A stretch of 64,000 bases of DNA. Origin: an uncultured Ruminococcus sp. GTDB lineage: Bacteria; Bacillota; Clostridia; Oscillospirales; Ruminococcaceae. This document shows, piece after piece, positions 9,860 to 19,095 of this stretch (positions are counted from its first letter, which is position 1; every line of letters begins with the position of its first letter). The notes under the pieces are model-generated. The model worked only from the letters and a program-made list of their open reading frames with translations, searched no databases and had not been told where the DNA came from. The translations under genes were made by a program, and so were the position numbers. Location of the stretch: the NCBI GenBank assembly GCA_946528545.1, contig CAMMYU010000179.1:26086-90085 (forward strand), in the 5' to 3' direction.

Positions 9860-11179
9860 TCAGAGTTTTGTCTCAACGAAGATATCGTAGATAGCCTTCA
9901 TAGCCTTCTCGAAGTCGTCTTCGCTTACGCCTATGATGATGTTAAGCTCACTCGAGCCCTGATCTATCATCTTTACATTTACATGAGCGTGAGCCAGTGC
10001 CGAGAATATTCTGCCTGCTGTACCGCGGTTGGACTTCATCGCACGGCCGACTACTGCGATAAGAGCAAGGTCGGTCTCAATGTCGATAACATCGGGGAAG
10101 CAGTTTCTGTGAAGGCCCGAAAGTATCTCCTGCTCCTTGGGAGCGAACTCCTGCTGATGAACAACGATAGACATAGTGTCGATACCCGAAGGCATATGCT
10201 CAAAGCAGATGCCGTTTTTCTCAAACACCTCGAGCACTCTTCTGCCGAAGCCTATCTCGGCATTCATCATATCCTTCTCGATATTGACTACTGTAAAGCC
10301 CTTCTTTCCTGCGATACCTGTAATGGTATACTCGGGCTTCTGCGAGGTGGACTCAACGATCATTGTGCCCTCATCGTCAGGCTTGTTTGTGTTCTTGATG
10401 TTTATCGGAATGCCTGCTTTTCTTACAGGGAAGATAGCGTCCTCGTGAAGAACCGTAGCACCCATATATGAAAGCTCACGAAGCTCCTTATAGGTGATAG
10501 TCTTGATAGGAGCAGGGTCTTTAACTATTCTCGGGTCGCAGGTAAGGAAGCCCGAAACGTCGGTCCAGTTCTCATAGATGTCAGCGCCTACTGCTGCCGC
10601 AACAATAGAGCCTGTAACATCGGAGCCGCCTCTTGAGAAGGTCTTGATAGTGTCATTGGGCATTGAGCCGTAGAAGCCGGGAACCACTGCATTTTCAAGG
10701 TTTGCAAGTCTCTCTGAGAGAACCTTTCCTGTCTTCTTTGCATCGAACTGGCCTGCATCGTTGAAGAAGATGACCTCACCTGCGTCAACGAAGTTATATC
10801 CCAGATAATTTGCAAGCACCATACCGTTAAGGTACTCACCTCTGGAAGCAGCATAATCTCTTCCTGCCTTGCCTATAAAGCAGGCCTTAACGACCTCGAA
10901 CTCCTTCTCCAGAGAGAAGTCAAGGCCGAGCTCGGAAATGATCTCATTATATCTCTGCTTGATCTGCTCGAACTGCTTGTCAAAATCCTTGCCCTTTACT
11001 GCGAGATCATAGCAGCTGTAAAGCATATCTGTAACCTTTGTGTCCTCGGAAAATCTCTTTCCGGGAGCAGATGGCACAACAAACCTTCTTGCGCCGTCAG
11101 CGGTGATGATATCCTTTACCTTTTTGAACTGCTCGGCACTGGCGAGAGAGCTTCCGCCGAACTTTACTACCTTTGCCAT
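9860..11179 (-). CDS. Aspartate kinase (AK III/YclM-like)
   Basis: KFGGSSLA, RGGSDVTG, WTDVSG motifs; C-terminal ACT domains. Confidence 0.95.
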   Translation of the reverse strand: MAKVVKFGGSSLASAEQFKKVKDIITADGARRFVVPSAPGKRFSEDTKVTDMLYSCYDLAVKGKDFDKQFEQIKQRYNEIISELGLDFSLEKEFEVVKACFIGKAGRDYAASRGEYLNGMVLANYLGYNFVDAGEVIFFNDAGQFDAKKTGKVLSERLANLENAVVPGFYGSMPNDTIKTFSRGGSDVTGSIVAAAVGADIYENWTDVSGFLTCDPRIVKDPAPIKTITYKELRELSYMGATVLHEDAIFPVRKAGIPINIKNTNKPDDEGTMIVESTSQKPEYTITGIAGKKGFTVVNIEKDMMNAEIGFGRRVLEVFEKNGICFEHMPSGIDTMSIVVHQQEFAPKEQEILSGLHRNCFPDVIDIETDLALIAVVGRAMKSNRGTAGRIFSALAHAHVNVKMIDQGSSELNIIIGVSEDDFEKAMKAIYDIFVETKL

Positions 11180-11356
11180 TAAAAATCAACCCTTTACTAT
11201 AAAATGTTTTCGGATAATTAGTCACATATAATAGTATACAAAATTATTCCACTTACGTCAATATACAAAAAAGACAATGTTTGTCGGATTTTTACTGTCC
11301 TTTTGTGAAAAACGCTTGTATTTGTACGGCGTACAGGTTGTATTTCTGTGAAGCCT

Positions 11357-11387
11357 TTCACAGTGAAGAAGCGCCTTTCATATAATG
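11357..11387 (+). promoter_or_regulatory. Candidate mazF promoter (SigK-like or weak SigA)
   Basis: CACA-N16-CATATAATG; also readable as TTCACA-N18-TATAAT. Confidence 0.45.
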
Positions 11388-11476
11388 ATAAGGGAGCTTC
11401 TTTCCCTTTGGCTGAATAGAAATTACAAACCTGTCAATTATATAAACAGAAACCCAAAAGATAGGAGTGTATCGCT

Positions 11477-11821
11477 TTGAACGTACACAGAGGCGACATA
11501 TATTACGCTGACCTGAGCCCCGTGGTCGGGTCGGAGCAGGGAGGGCTCAGGCCTGTCCTTATAGTGCAGAACGATGTCGGCAACCGCCATTCACCGACAG
11601 TGATAGCGGCGGCAATAACCAGCCGTCACGATAAGGCAAGACTGCCCACGCACATAGAGGTCGAGGCAGGCGAAAGCGGTCTTGCGAGGGACTCGGTAGT
11701 GCTGCTGGAGCAGATCCGTACATTAGACAAACGCAGACTGCGTGAAAAAATGGGCTCGCTTGATGACCGCTCGATGTCGGCGGTAGATTCGGCGATCTCG
11801 ATAAGCTTCGGCCTTAACTAA
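11477..11821 (+). CDS. mazF: MazF/PemK (NdoA/EndoA-like) mRNA interferase with no adjacent antitoxin gene
   Basis: [32 protein letters not shown] and [13 protein letters not shown]; TTG start with AGGAG RBS. Confidence 0.95.
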   Translation: MNVHRGDIYYADLSPVVGSEQGGLRPVLIVQNDVGNRHSPTVIAAAITSRHDKARLPTHIEVEAGESGLARDSVVLLEQIRTLDKRRLREKMGSLDDRSMSAVDSAISISFGLN

Positions 11822-11855
11822 AAAACCGACCGTTCACCTGCGGAACGGTCGGTCT
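11820..11855 (-). repeat. 36-bp terminator hairpin, copy 1 of a direct repeat
   Basis: AAAAAACCGACCGTTCACCTGCGGAACGGTCGGTCT; 34/36 identical to 12677-12712. Confidence 0.9.
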
Positions 11856-11859
11856 GATC

Positions 11860-12138
11860 TTATTTCTCAAAAAATCCGTTTTCACTGTATTCTGTCCATT
11901 TGAGATACATTTCCATATAGTTTTCTTTTATGAACGCCTGTATCTTAGACAGTTCTCTGTCATTAAGTCTTCCCTTGTTCTGAACGACGGTCTCACCGCT
12001 GCTTTTTACAAAAAACTTTGCCGAGCCCGACTCTGTAAGCTTATTATCACTTGCATGAACGTGCATTGCCTCAACTATACAATGCGAGGTAAAATACAGA
12101 TAATATCCGCAGACCTTGAATTCATAGTACTTTGGCAT
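11860..12138 (-). CDS. DUF4160-family small protein (putative toxin)
   Basis: MPKYYEFKVCGYYLYFTSH...MHVHA...GSAKFFV...LNDRELSKIQAFIKEN...W fits the DUF4160 pattern; GGAGG RBS before ATG 12138. Confidence 0.8.
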   Translation of the reverse strand: MPKYYEFKVCGYYLYFTSHCIVEAMHVHASDNKLTESGSAKFFVKSSGETVVQNKGRLNDRELSKIQAFIKENYMEMYLKWTEYSENGFFEK

Positions 12139-12140
12139 AC

Positions 12141-12362
12141 TCAATCCTCCAGAAAGGCTTTGTTCCTTTTATAATAGTTCATAACGATATCGAGCTCAAT
12201 ATCATCCATACTGGTTTCAATAACTTCGTTATTCTTACCTATCACAGCTGCTGAGCCAACAGCGTTAAGATTGAGCACACGCACATTATCATCGGATCTT
12301 GTAAACGCATAGCCATTGACTATCATATCCGCAGATTCTGCTATTATTTTCGGGTCAGTCAT
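12141..12362 (-). CDS. Small hypothetical protein, possibly a degenerate DUF4160-like paralogue
   Basis: 73 aa, overlaps the upstream stop, AAAGGTG RBS; shares V.GY, GSA and D.EL.....K.N with the downstream protein. Confidence 0.7.
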   Translation of the reverse strand: MTDPKIIAESADMIVNGYAFTRSDDNVRVLNLNAVGSAAVIGKNNEVIETSMDDIELDIVMNYYKRNKAFLED

Positions 12363-12621
12363 AAACTATCATCACCTTTCTGATGGGCTTCAGGAATTCG
12401 GCGGCATCAAAATACAGGTTTTCAAGTATCGGTACAAGGTCAATATATTCTTCGACCTCTTTGCCGTTATACCTTGCCATTGTAACAATGTAGCCGTTAT
12501 CCCATTCTTTTATTTGCGTGTACCTTTCAAGCTTGGGTGATGTTTTGAAGCGGATATTCACATTTCCGAATGTAAATGATGTAAGGTCGCCCTTGCTGGA
12601 AAGTATAGCCTGATCGTTCAT
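12355..12621 (-). CDS. Small hypothetical protein, first gene of the DUF4160 module
   Basis: 88 aa from ATG 12621 with AAAGGAGG RBS. Confidence 0.75.
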   Translation of the reverse strand: MNDQAILSSKGDLTSFTFGNVNIRFKTSPKLERYTQIKEWDNGYIVTMARYNGKEVEEYIDLVPILENLYFDAAEFLKPIRKVMIVYD

Positions 12622-12645
12622 TTCAGCCGCCTCCTTTCTGATCTG

Positions 12646-12674
12646 ATTATACCACAGATACGCATAAAAGTCAA
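12646..12674 (-). promoter_or_regulatory. SigA promoter of the three-gene module
   Basis: TTGACT-N17-TATAAT with extended -10 TG. Confidence 0.8.
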
Positions 12675-12676
12675 TC

Positions 12677-12712
12677 AAAAAACCGACCGTTCCCCTGCGG
12701 AGCGGTCGGTCT
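12677..12712 (-). repeat. 36-bp terminator hairpin, copy 2 of the direct repeat
   Basis: AAAAAACCGACCGTTCCCCTGCGGAGCGGTCGGTCT, directly after the XRE stop codon. Confidence 0.9.
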
Positions 12713-12929
12713 ATTTCAGAGGAGATTTATGTGTTTTCAGCCCTGCAAGGTAGTCGAGCGAAACGTTATAGTGCTTAGCAAGCACAATGAACAAATGCAT
12801 AGGCATTTCACGCTTGCCCGATTCGTAGAGCTGGTATTGCTGTCGGGTTATATTAAGCAGATCTGCTACCTGCTGCTGTGACAGGTCATTATCTTCACGT
12901 ACATCACGAATCCTTTGATAATAGTACAT
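12711..12929 (-). CDS. XRE-family HTH transcriptional regulator
   Basis: RIRDVREDNDLSQQQVADLLNITRQQYQLYESGKRE...YNVSLDYLAG. Confidence 0.93.
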   Translation of the reverse strand: MYYYQRIRDVREDNDLSQQQVADLLNITRQQYQLYESGKREMPMHLFIVLAKHYNVSLDYLAGLKTHKSPLK

Positions 12930-12972
12930 AACTTTTCACCTCTGTATTTGTATGTTATGTAGATTTTATCAT

Positions 12973-13045
12973 GTATTCGTTTGAATGCACTTGAAATGCA
13001 TTTATTTGAGTGCTATAATAATAAAAACAGCATTTGTTTGAATGC
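12973..13045 (+). promoter_or_regulatory. SigA promoter with three palindromic operator copies
   Basis: TTGAAA(12991)-N17-TATAAT(13014); GYATTYRTTTGARTGC at 12973-12988, 12998-13013 and 13030-13045. Confidence 0.8.
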
Positions 13046-13070
13046 AGAAGAGCTGTGGGAGGTTGAAAAG

Positions 13071-13460
13071 ATGTATACAGAAGTTTGGCTAGTTGTTGCT
13101 CTTATATGGGGAATAGTTTGGGGTGCTGTGACAAGACAAACCATAATAGATAAGGGATATGACAATGGTGCAGCGTATTTTTTTCTTGGATTCTTTTTGG
13201 GTTTGATAGGTTGGATTTATGCATTTTCAAAGCCGGACTTAAAAAAGCAAGTACAAGAAAAAATGATGTATGATTATATTCAAGGAAACAATCAATCAAA
13301 ACAACCAAGTATGAACAATAATACATCAGAAAATAACAATAGTGGTATTTCATCTGGTAAAGCCAAGGAAGAATTAACAGCTTATAAAAATATGCTTGAT
13401 GAAGGTCTTATCACCGAGGAAGAATACGAAGCCAAGAAAAAACAAATACTGAACATCTGA
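13071..13460 (+). CDS. SHOCT-domain membrane protein
   Basis: Two TM segments and C-terminal ELTAYKNMLDEGLITEEEYEAKKKQIL; GGGAGG RBS; visibly AT-rich. Confidence 0.85.
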   Translation: MYTEVWLVVALIWGIVWGAVTRQTIIDKGYDNGAAYFFLGFFLGLIGWIYAFSKPDLKKQVQEKMMYDYIQGNNQSKQPSMNNNTSENNNSGISSGKAKEELTAYKNMLDEGLITEEEYEAKKKQILNI

Positions 13461-13461
13461 C

Positions 13462-13492
13462 AAAAAACGGACGGCATTACGCCGTCCGTTCT
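13462..13492. terminator. Bidirectional terminator between the SHOCT gene and proS
   Basis: AAAAAACGGACGGC-ATTAC-GCCGTCCGTTCT. Confidence 0.8.
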
Positions 13493-13504
13493 GTTTTATC
13501 ATTA

Positions 13505-14953
13505 TCAGTACGCTTTGCCCCAGAGCACCATTTTCTTGGCAGGCTTTCCGCAGCATACGCATACGTCGGAGATCTCCTCCTGCTCAAACGGCATACACCT
13601 TGAGCCTACGCCCGTAAGCTCCTTTACCTTGTCCTCGCAGGCCTCTTCGCCGCACCACATAGCCTTTACAAAGCCGTCGCCCTTTTCTTCAAGAGCCTTG
13701 ATGATCTCGTCGGTTGTCTTGCAGATGTAGGTCTTGTTCCTGCGGTTCTCGGCAGCCTTTGCGAACATTCCCTCGGGGATAGTCTTATCGAGCAGCTCCT
13801 TTATCTTGCCCTCAAATTCGCCGTCAAGTGCTATGAACTGCTTCTCTCCGTTGAAGCGTGCTGCAACTACGCACTGGTTGCTCTCGATGTCCTTAGGGCC
13901 TATCTCAATACGGATCGGCACGCCTCTCATCTCGTGCTCGGCAAACTTCCAGCCCGGAGACTGATCTCTGTCATCGACCTTTACCCTTATGCCCAGTGCC
14001 GAGAGCTTTTCCTTTATCTCGTTTGCCTTGTCGAGAACACCTTCCTTGAACTGCTGTATCGGAATGATGACTGCCTGAACAGGTGCCACAGCAGGCGGAA
14101 GAACAAGTCCGTTGTCGTCGCCGTGTGTCATTATGATAGCACCGATAAGACGAGTGGTAACTCCCCATGAGGTCTGGTGCGGATATTCAAGCTTGTTCTC
14201 ACGGCTCGTGAACTGTATACCGAAAGCCCTTGCGAACCCGTCGCCAAAGTAGTGCGAGGTGCCTGCCTGCAAAGCCTTGCCGTCGTGCATAAGAGCCTCT
14301 ATAGCATAGGTGGCCTCAGCGCCTGCGAACTTGTCGGAGTCGGTCTTTCTGCCCTTAACTACAGGCATAGCAAGGTCTTTCTCACAGAAATCGGCATAAA
14401 CATTGAGCATCTGCTCGGTCTCCTGAATGGCCTCCTCGGCAGTCTCGTGAATGGTGTGACCCTCCTGCCACAGGAACTCACGGGATCTGAGGAACGGTCT
14501 TGTGGTCTTCTCCCACCTTACTACAGATACCCACTGATTGTAAAGCTTCGGCAGATCTCTGTAAGAGTGTACGATCTCGGCATAATGCTCGCAGAAAAGC
14601 GTTTCGGAGGTAGGTCTTACGCAGAGCCTGTCCTCGAGCTTTTCGCTTCCTCCGTGAGTTACCCATGCAACCTCGGGAGCAAAACCCTCAACGTGGTCTT
14701 TCTCCTTCTGGAGAAGGCTCTCGGGGATAAACATCGGCATACACACATTCTCATGTCCCAGTGCCTTGAACCTGCTGTCAAGGTTCTTCTGTATATTCTC
14801 CCAGATAGCGTAGCCGTAAGGCCTTATTACCATACAGCCCTTTACACTTGTGTAGGACACAAGCTCTGCCTTCATGCAGATGTCAGTGTACCACTTTGCG
14901 AAATCCTCGTCCATTGAGGTTATCGCATCAACCATTTTTTTGTTTTTTGCCAT
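13505..14953 (-). CDS. proS: Prolyl-tRNA synthetase (archaeal/eukaryal-type)
   Basis: [21 protein letters not shown] and QAGTSH motifs; C-terminal zinc domain ending GKAY; start MAKNKK at 14953. Confidence 0.97.
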   Translation of the reverse strand: MAKNKKMVDAITSMDEDFAKWYTDICMKAELVSYTSVKGCMVIRPYGYAIWENIQKNLDSRFKALGHENVCMPMFIPESLLQKEKDHVEGFAPEVAWVTHGGSEKLEDRLCVRPTSETLFCEHYAEIVHSYRDLPKLYNQWVSVVRWEKTTRPFLRSREFLWQEGHTIHETAEEAIQETEQMLNVYADFCEKDLAMPVVKGRKTDSDKFAGAEATYAIEALMHDGKALQAGTSHYFGDGFARAFGIQFTSRENKLEYPHQTSWGVTTRLIGAIIMTHGDDNGLVLPPAVAPVQAVIIPIQQFKEGVLDKANEIKEKLSALGIRVKVDDRDQSPGWKFAEHEMRGVPIRIEIGPKDIESNQCVVAARFNGEKQFIALDGEFEGKIKELLDKTIPEGMFAKAAENRRNKTYICKTTDEIIKALEEKGDGFVKAMWCGEEACEDKVKELTGVGSRCMPFEQEEISDVCVCCGKPAKKMVLWGKAY

Positions 14954-15233
14954 GCTTGAAATCAACTCCATAAATATCTTCGTTATATATTTTATAATTA
15001 GGATCGAAGCCTTCGGGTGTTTCCTGCTTCCCGTAGGGATCCTTGACCTCATATTTCTCGGGCGAGGTGTATTTCTCCTCAGCCTGACGGTTTCGCTCGG
15101 CTATCCTCGGATTTTTCTTCTCGATAAACTTAGCTATCCTCGGCGTAACAAGGCAGGCAAGCACTATCAGCGCCATTATTATTGCAAAGCTCAGCCCGAA
15201 ATCAGCGAACTTACCCAGCAGCTCCTTGTTCAT
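14928..15233 (-). CDS. Hypothetical single-pass membrane protein
   Basis: ATG 15233 with GGAGG RBS, N-terminal TM, overlaps the proS start. Confidence 0.65.
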   Translation of the reverse strand: MNKELLGKFADFGLSFAIIMALIVLACLVTPRIAKFIEKKNPRIAERNRQAEEKYTSPEKYEVKDPYGKQETPEGFDPNYKIYNEDIYGVDFKHGKKQKNG

Positions 15234-15396
15234 TTTACCGCCTCCCGAACAAACACATATACCATTATAACACAGTTTTTCAAAAAGTGCAAGTGCAAAA
15301 GCGCAATTTCGGGAGTTCTCTTTGCTGTTTTTCGACCCTCTCGGAGCCCTGTAATTGAGCATTTTGATGAATTGGTATAAAAATCAAGTCAAAGCC

Positions 15397-15425
15397 TTGA
15401 CAAACAGAGATAAAGGGTGTAAAAT
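15397..15425 (+). promoter_or_regulatory. SigA promoter of the DUF4430/ECF operon
   Basis: TTGACA-N17-TAAAAT. Confidence 0.75.
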
Positions 15426-15474
15426 TATAGTCAGTTAGTGGGATAAAACCCCGTTTGAAAGGAGAAGATGGAAA

Positions 15475-16503
15475 ATGAAGAAAATAGCAAGCTTTGCAGC
15501 AGCAATCGTTCTTGCTGCAATGACAACAAGCGTTTCAGCCTTTGCAGCTGATTCTGTCTCGGTTAATGTAACTATCAATGCAGGTAAAGACAGCATTATG
15601 CTTATTCGTGAAAATATCGATGTAACTGATATCGACAGCGACGGAAAGCTCACAATAAACGATGCTCTTTACTGTGCTCACGAGAATGGCTTTGAAGGCG
15701 GTGCAGCAGCAGGCTACAAGTCCGAGAAAAGCCAGTGGGGACTGTCGCTTCAGAAGCTCTGGGGAATAGAGAACGGCGGCAGCTACGGCTACTATGTAAA
15801 TGACGGTATGGCTATGAGCCTTGAAGACGAGCTCAAAGACGGCGATGAGTTATACGCTTATGTTTACTCTGACACTAAGACCTTTAAGGACACCTACAGC
15901 TATTTCGATGTCAAGGACGCCACAGTAGATCAGGGCAAGAGCATTGATTTCACACTCTCAAAGATCGCCTTTGACGCAAACTATCAGCCTGTAGTTCAGC
16001 CTGTTGAGGGTGCGGTTATCTCACTGAACGGTGTAAAAACAGATTACGTTACCGATAAGGACGGAAAGGCAACTGTAAAATTTGCTGAGTCGGGCGACTA
16101 TGTAGTAACAGCACAGTCTGAGAGCGAGCTTCTTGCTTCACCTGTTGCAGTTATCGTAGTTGACCCTGTTACCCCTGATACATCTGACTCTCAGCCCGAG
16201 ACCGACAGTTCAAAAGCTTCCGAGGACAGCAGCAAGAACACCTCCGAGAGCAGCGCAGACAGCTCCAAGGCTGACACATCTGAGAGCAAGTCCGACAGCT
16301 CAAAGGCAGCTGACAGCAGCAAGGCAGCAGCGGCTGACAACAAGGGCGGCACAAACAACGCTGCGGGCACAGCAGCAGGCGGCGGAAGCGACGCAAACAC
16401 TGCAAACGCACAGACAGGCAGCAGCCCTGTCGGTCTTATGATCGCAGGCACAGCAGCTCTTGCGGCAGCAGCAGTAATCGCTCATAAGAAGAATGATAAG
16501 TAA
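15475..16503 (+). CDS. Cell-surface protein: DUF4430-like domain, Ig-like domain, S/D-rich linker, sortase-type anchor
   Basis: Signal peptide; GSYGYYVNDG...ELKDGDELYAY; NAQTG followed by a hydrophobic stretch and KK tail. Confidence 0.75.
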   Translation: MKKIASFAAAIVLAAMTTSVSAFAADSVSVNVTINAGKDSIMLIRENIDVTDIDSDGKLTINDALYCAHENGFEGGAAAGYKSEKSQWGLSLQKLWGIENGGSYGYYVNDGMAMSLEDELKDGDELYAYVYSDTKTFKDTYSYFDVKDATVDQGKSIDFTLSKIAFDANYQPVVQPVEGAVISLNGVKTDYVTDKDGKATVKFAESGDYVVTAQSESELLASPVAVIVVDPVTPDTSDSQPETDSSKASEDSSKNTSESSADSSKADTSESKSDSSKAADSSKAAAADNKGGTNNAAGTAAGGGSDANTANAQTGSSPVGLMIAGTAALAAAAVIAHKKNDK

Positions 16504-18103
16504 GATCACGGCGGTACTATCCGCTTTGACGGCAATAGTTATCACAGTCGGGAGTTTCGCACTCCCGACTTTTGCTAATGAGGACATTTCGCAGACGGTC
16601 GGCAGCATACTTGAATACAGGTTCGGGGGCTCGGACAGCGAGACCCTGCAGAAAGCCGCAGATACAGACCTTCCCAAGGGTGCAGGCACAGACTCCGAAT
16701 GGTACGCCATGAGCCTTTCGCAGTACTGCGATATTGACCTCTCTGCATATTCAGAGGCTTTGGAAAAATACCTCTCTGAGAATGAAGTCCCCTCTGCAAC
16801 CACAAGGGAGAAGTATGCTTTAGCCCTCATAGCGGCAGGCAAGGACAGCCCATATATCACCGAAGCGCTCTCCACCTCGGTCGGGGAACAGGGCATAATG
16901 AGCTATGTGTTCGGCCTGCATATTCTAAATAACGGCTTCACGGCTGAGGGCGTAACTGCCGACAGTGTAGCTGCCGAGATACTGTCTATGCAGCTATCGG
17001 ACGGCGGCTGGGCAGTAATGGGCGAATTCGGAGACATTGACGTTACCGCTATGACCTTGCAGGCATTAGCGCCCCTTTGCGATGACAATTCCGAGGTTAA
17101 TTCAGCCTGCGAAAAGGCTATCGGATTTCTCTCTGAAAGGCAGCTTGACAGCGGCGGCTTTATGAGCATGGGAGCAGAAAACTCCGAGAGCTGTTCTCAG
17201 GTTATCTGCGCTTTATCTGCCCTCGGGATCGACTGCACCACAGACGAGCGCTTCATCAGGAACGGCAAAAGCCCGATAGATGCACTCCTCTCCTACAAAG
17301 CCGATGACGGCTCATTCAGCCACATAGCAGGCAAGGAAGCTAACGAGACCGCCACAGTTGAGGCTTTTTACTCACTGGTGTCATACCTCAGAATGAAAAA
17401 CGGAAACACTCCGCTCTATGTGTTTGACAGCGTTCAGGAAAGCCCATCTCCGAAGCCTGCCGAGAGTAGTTCTAAGACTGAAAGCAGAACTGTTTCGGAG
17501 AGCACCTCAGAAGCAGACAGCAAGGCCGAAAAGGACAGCATCGGCTACAAGCCCATAGCAATAGGCGCAGTGCTCCTTGTGTGTATAGGCGTAGTCATTA
17601 TTCTGCTGGTGCTGAAAAAGAAAAGCCCTAAGAACTTTGTTTTCATCGCACTTATCGCAGGAGGGCTTTGTGCGGTAATTGCCTTTACCGACATTAAGAC
17701 CGAGAAGGAATACTACTCGGAAAGCTCCTCAAAAACCGCTGCCGTGACGGGCGCTGTTACAATTTCTATCCGCTGTGACACTATAGCAGGCGAGGGCGGA
17801 AAAGTCCCCGATGACGGAACGATCCTTGCAAAGACCGACTGTGAGCTTCACAAGGGCGAGAGCGTATATGACATTCTGCTTTCAGTCTGCAAGGAGAATA
17901 ACATCAGGCTTGATACAAAGGGTGCTAAGAACATATACATTTCGGGTATCGGGCAGATATACGAATTTGATTTCGGGGAGCTTTCGGGCTGGGTATACCA
18001 TGTCAACGGAGTAAGTGCTTCTGTAGGGTGCTCATCATACGAGCTGAAAGACGGCGACAGCATTGAATGGCTATACACACGCAACATTGAGAAAGACCTT
18101 TGA
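16493..18103 (+). CDS. Membrane-anchored protein: prenyltransferase/squalene-cyclase-like alpha/alpha barrel, two TM helices, DUF4430 domain
   Basis: QLSDGGW, QLDSGGF, DVTAMTLQAL and DDGSF repeats; C-terminal YEFDFGELSGWVYHVNG...LKDGDSIEWLYT. Confidence 0.85.
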   Translation: MISKITAVLSALTAIVITVGSFALPTFANEDISQTVGSILEYRFGGSDSETLQKAADTDLPKGAGTDSEWYAMSLSQYCDIDLSAYSEALEKYLSENEVPSATTREKYALALIAAGKDSPYITEALSTSVGEQGIMSYVFGLHILNNGFTAEGVTADSVAAEILSMQLSDGGWAVMGEFGDIDVTAMTLQALAPLCDDNSEVNSACEKAIGFLSERQLDSGGFMSMGAENSESCSQVICALSALGIDCTTDERFIRNGKSPIDALLSYKADDGSFSHIAGKEANETATVEAFYSLVSYLRMKNGNTPLYVFDSVQESPSPKPAESSSKTESRTVSESTSEADSKAEKDSIGYKPIAIGAVLLVCIGVVIILLVLKKKSPKNFVFIALIAGGLCAVIAFTDIKTEKEYYSESSSKTAAVTGAVTISIRCDTIAGEGGKVPDDGTILAKTDCELHKGESVYDILLSVCKENNIRLDTKGAKNIYISGIGQIYEFDFGELSGWVYHVNGVSASVGCSSYELKDGDSIEWLYTRNIEKDL

Positions 18104-18216
18104 TGATAGGTGATCGGGGAATATGCACAGCCGTCTGCAAGACTGAGGGCTAATCTCCGCACTATCTTGCTCCGCATTCAAGGCAGGAGAAATAATGATT
18201 ATAAGGAAATTAAAAA

Positions 18217-19095
18217 ATGAGAAAACTATCCGAGCTTGACGCTCTGAGCGTAACGATGTACTTTATATGCGTAACACTGATACCGATGACGGCACCTCAC
18301 CCGTGGATAACGGCGGTGTCTCTGGTCGGGTCGGCGGTGTTTGTCACGCTCAGAGACCCAAGAGGTTCGGTGAAGGTTCATTTGTATTCACTGCTCCTTT
18401 TTGCAGTGCTGACGCTCGTAAACCCGATTATTTCCCATAAGGGCGAAACTATCCTCTTCATGATAAATGACAGCCCCGTAACACTGGAATCCTTTCTCTA
18501 CGGGCTGAACTCTGCGGCGGCACTGTGCTCGGTGGTGTACTGGTTCTACAGCTTCTCGAAGATAATGGACAGTGAAAAAACGCTCAGAGTGTTCGGAAAG
18601 CTTTCACCAAGGGCGGCGCTCGTAATGTCCTCGGCTCTCAGATATATTCCTATGATACGCTCTCAGTACCGAAAGACCAAAACAGCCCAGAAGGCGACAG
18701 GTCTTTATAAAGACGGCAATATCATTGACCTGATACACGCCAATATGAGAGTGATTTCCTCAGTGATCTCATGGGCTCTGGAAAACGGTATAGTCACTGC
18801 CGACAGCATGGCGGCAAGGGGCTGCGGAAGTGCCAAGCGCACAGCCTTTACCTCAGCACGCTTCGGAAGACGTGATGTGCTCCTCTGCCTGATAACGGTG
18901 CTGCTTTCGGCACTGTGCTGGGCTGCGGCAGGCTTCGATAAGCTCGATACAGCTTTCTATCCCGAGGTCAGAATGTCTGAAAGCTCTGCCCTCGGAGCAC
19001 TGGGAATAACAGCATATACTTTGCTGGCGGCTGTGCCGTCAGTTACGGAAACGGTGGTGAATGTCAGATGGCGCTTCTTAGTGTCGAAGGCCTGA
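18217..19095 (+). CDS. ECF transporter T component
   Basis: Multi-TM; ALRYIP and ADSMAARG coupling motifs. Confidence 0.9.
   Translation: MRKLSELDALSVTMYFICVTLIPMTAPHPWITAVSLVGSAVFVTLRDPRGSVKVHLYSLLLFAVLTLVNPIISHKGETILFMINDSPVTLESFLYGLNSAAALCSVVYWFYSFSKIMDSEKTLRVFGKLSPRAALVMSSALRYIPMIRSQYRKTKTAQKATGLYKDGNIIDLIHANMRVISSVISWALENGIVTADSMAARGCGSAKRTAFTSARFGRRDVLLCLITVLLSALCWAAAGFDKLDTAFYPEVRMSESSALGALGITAYTLLAAVPSVTETVVNVRWRFLVSKA

Noticed and set aside
15360-15474. Cobalamin riboswitch ahead of the ECF operon
   Set aside because: The leader is too short and lacks the B12-box motifs
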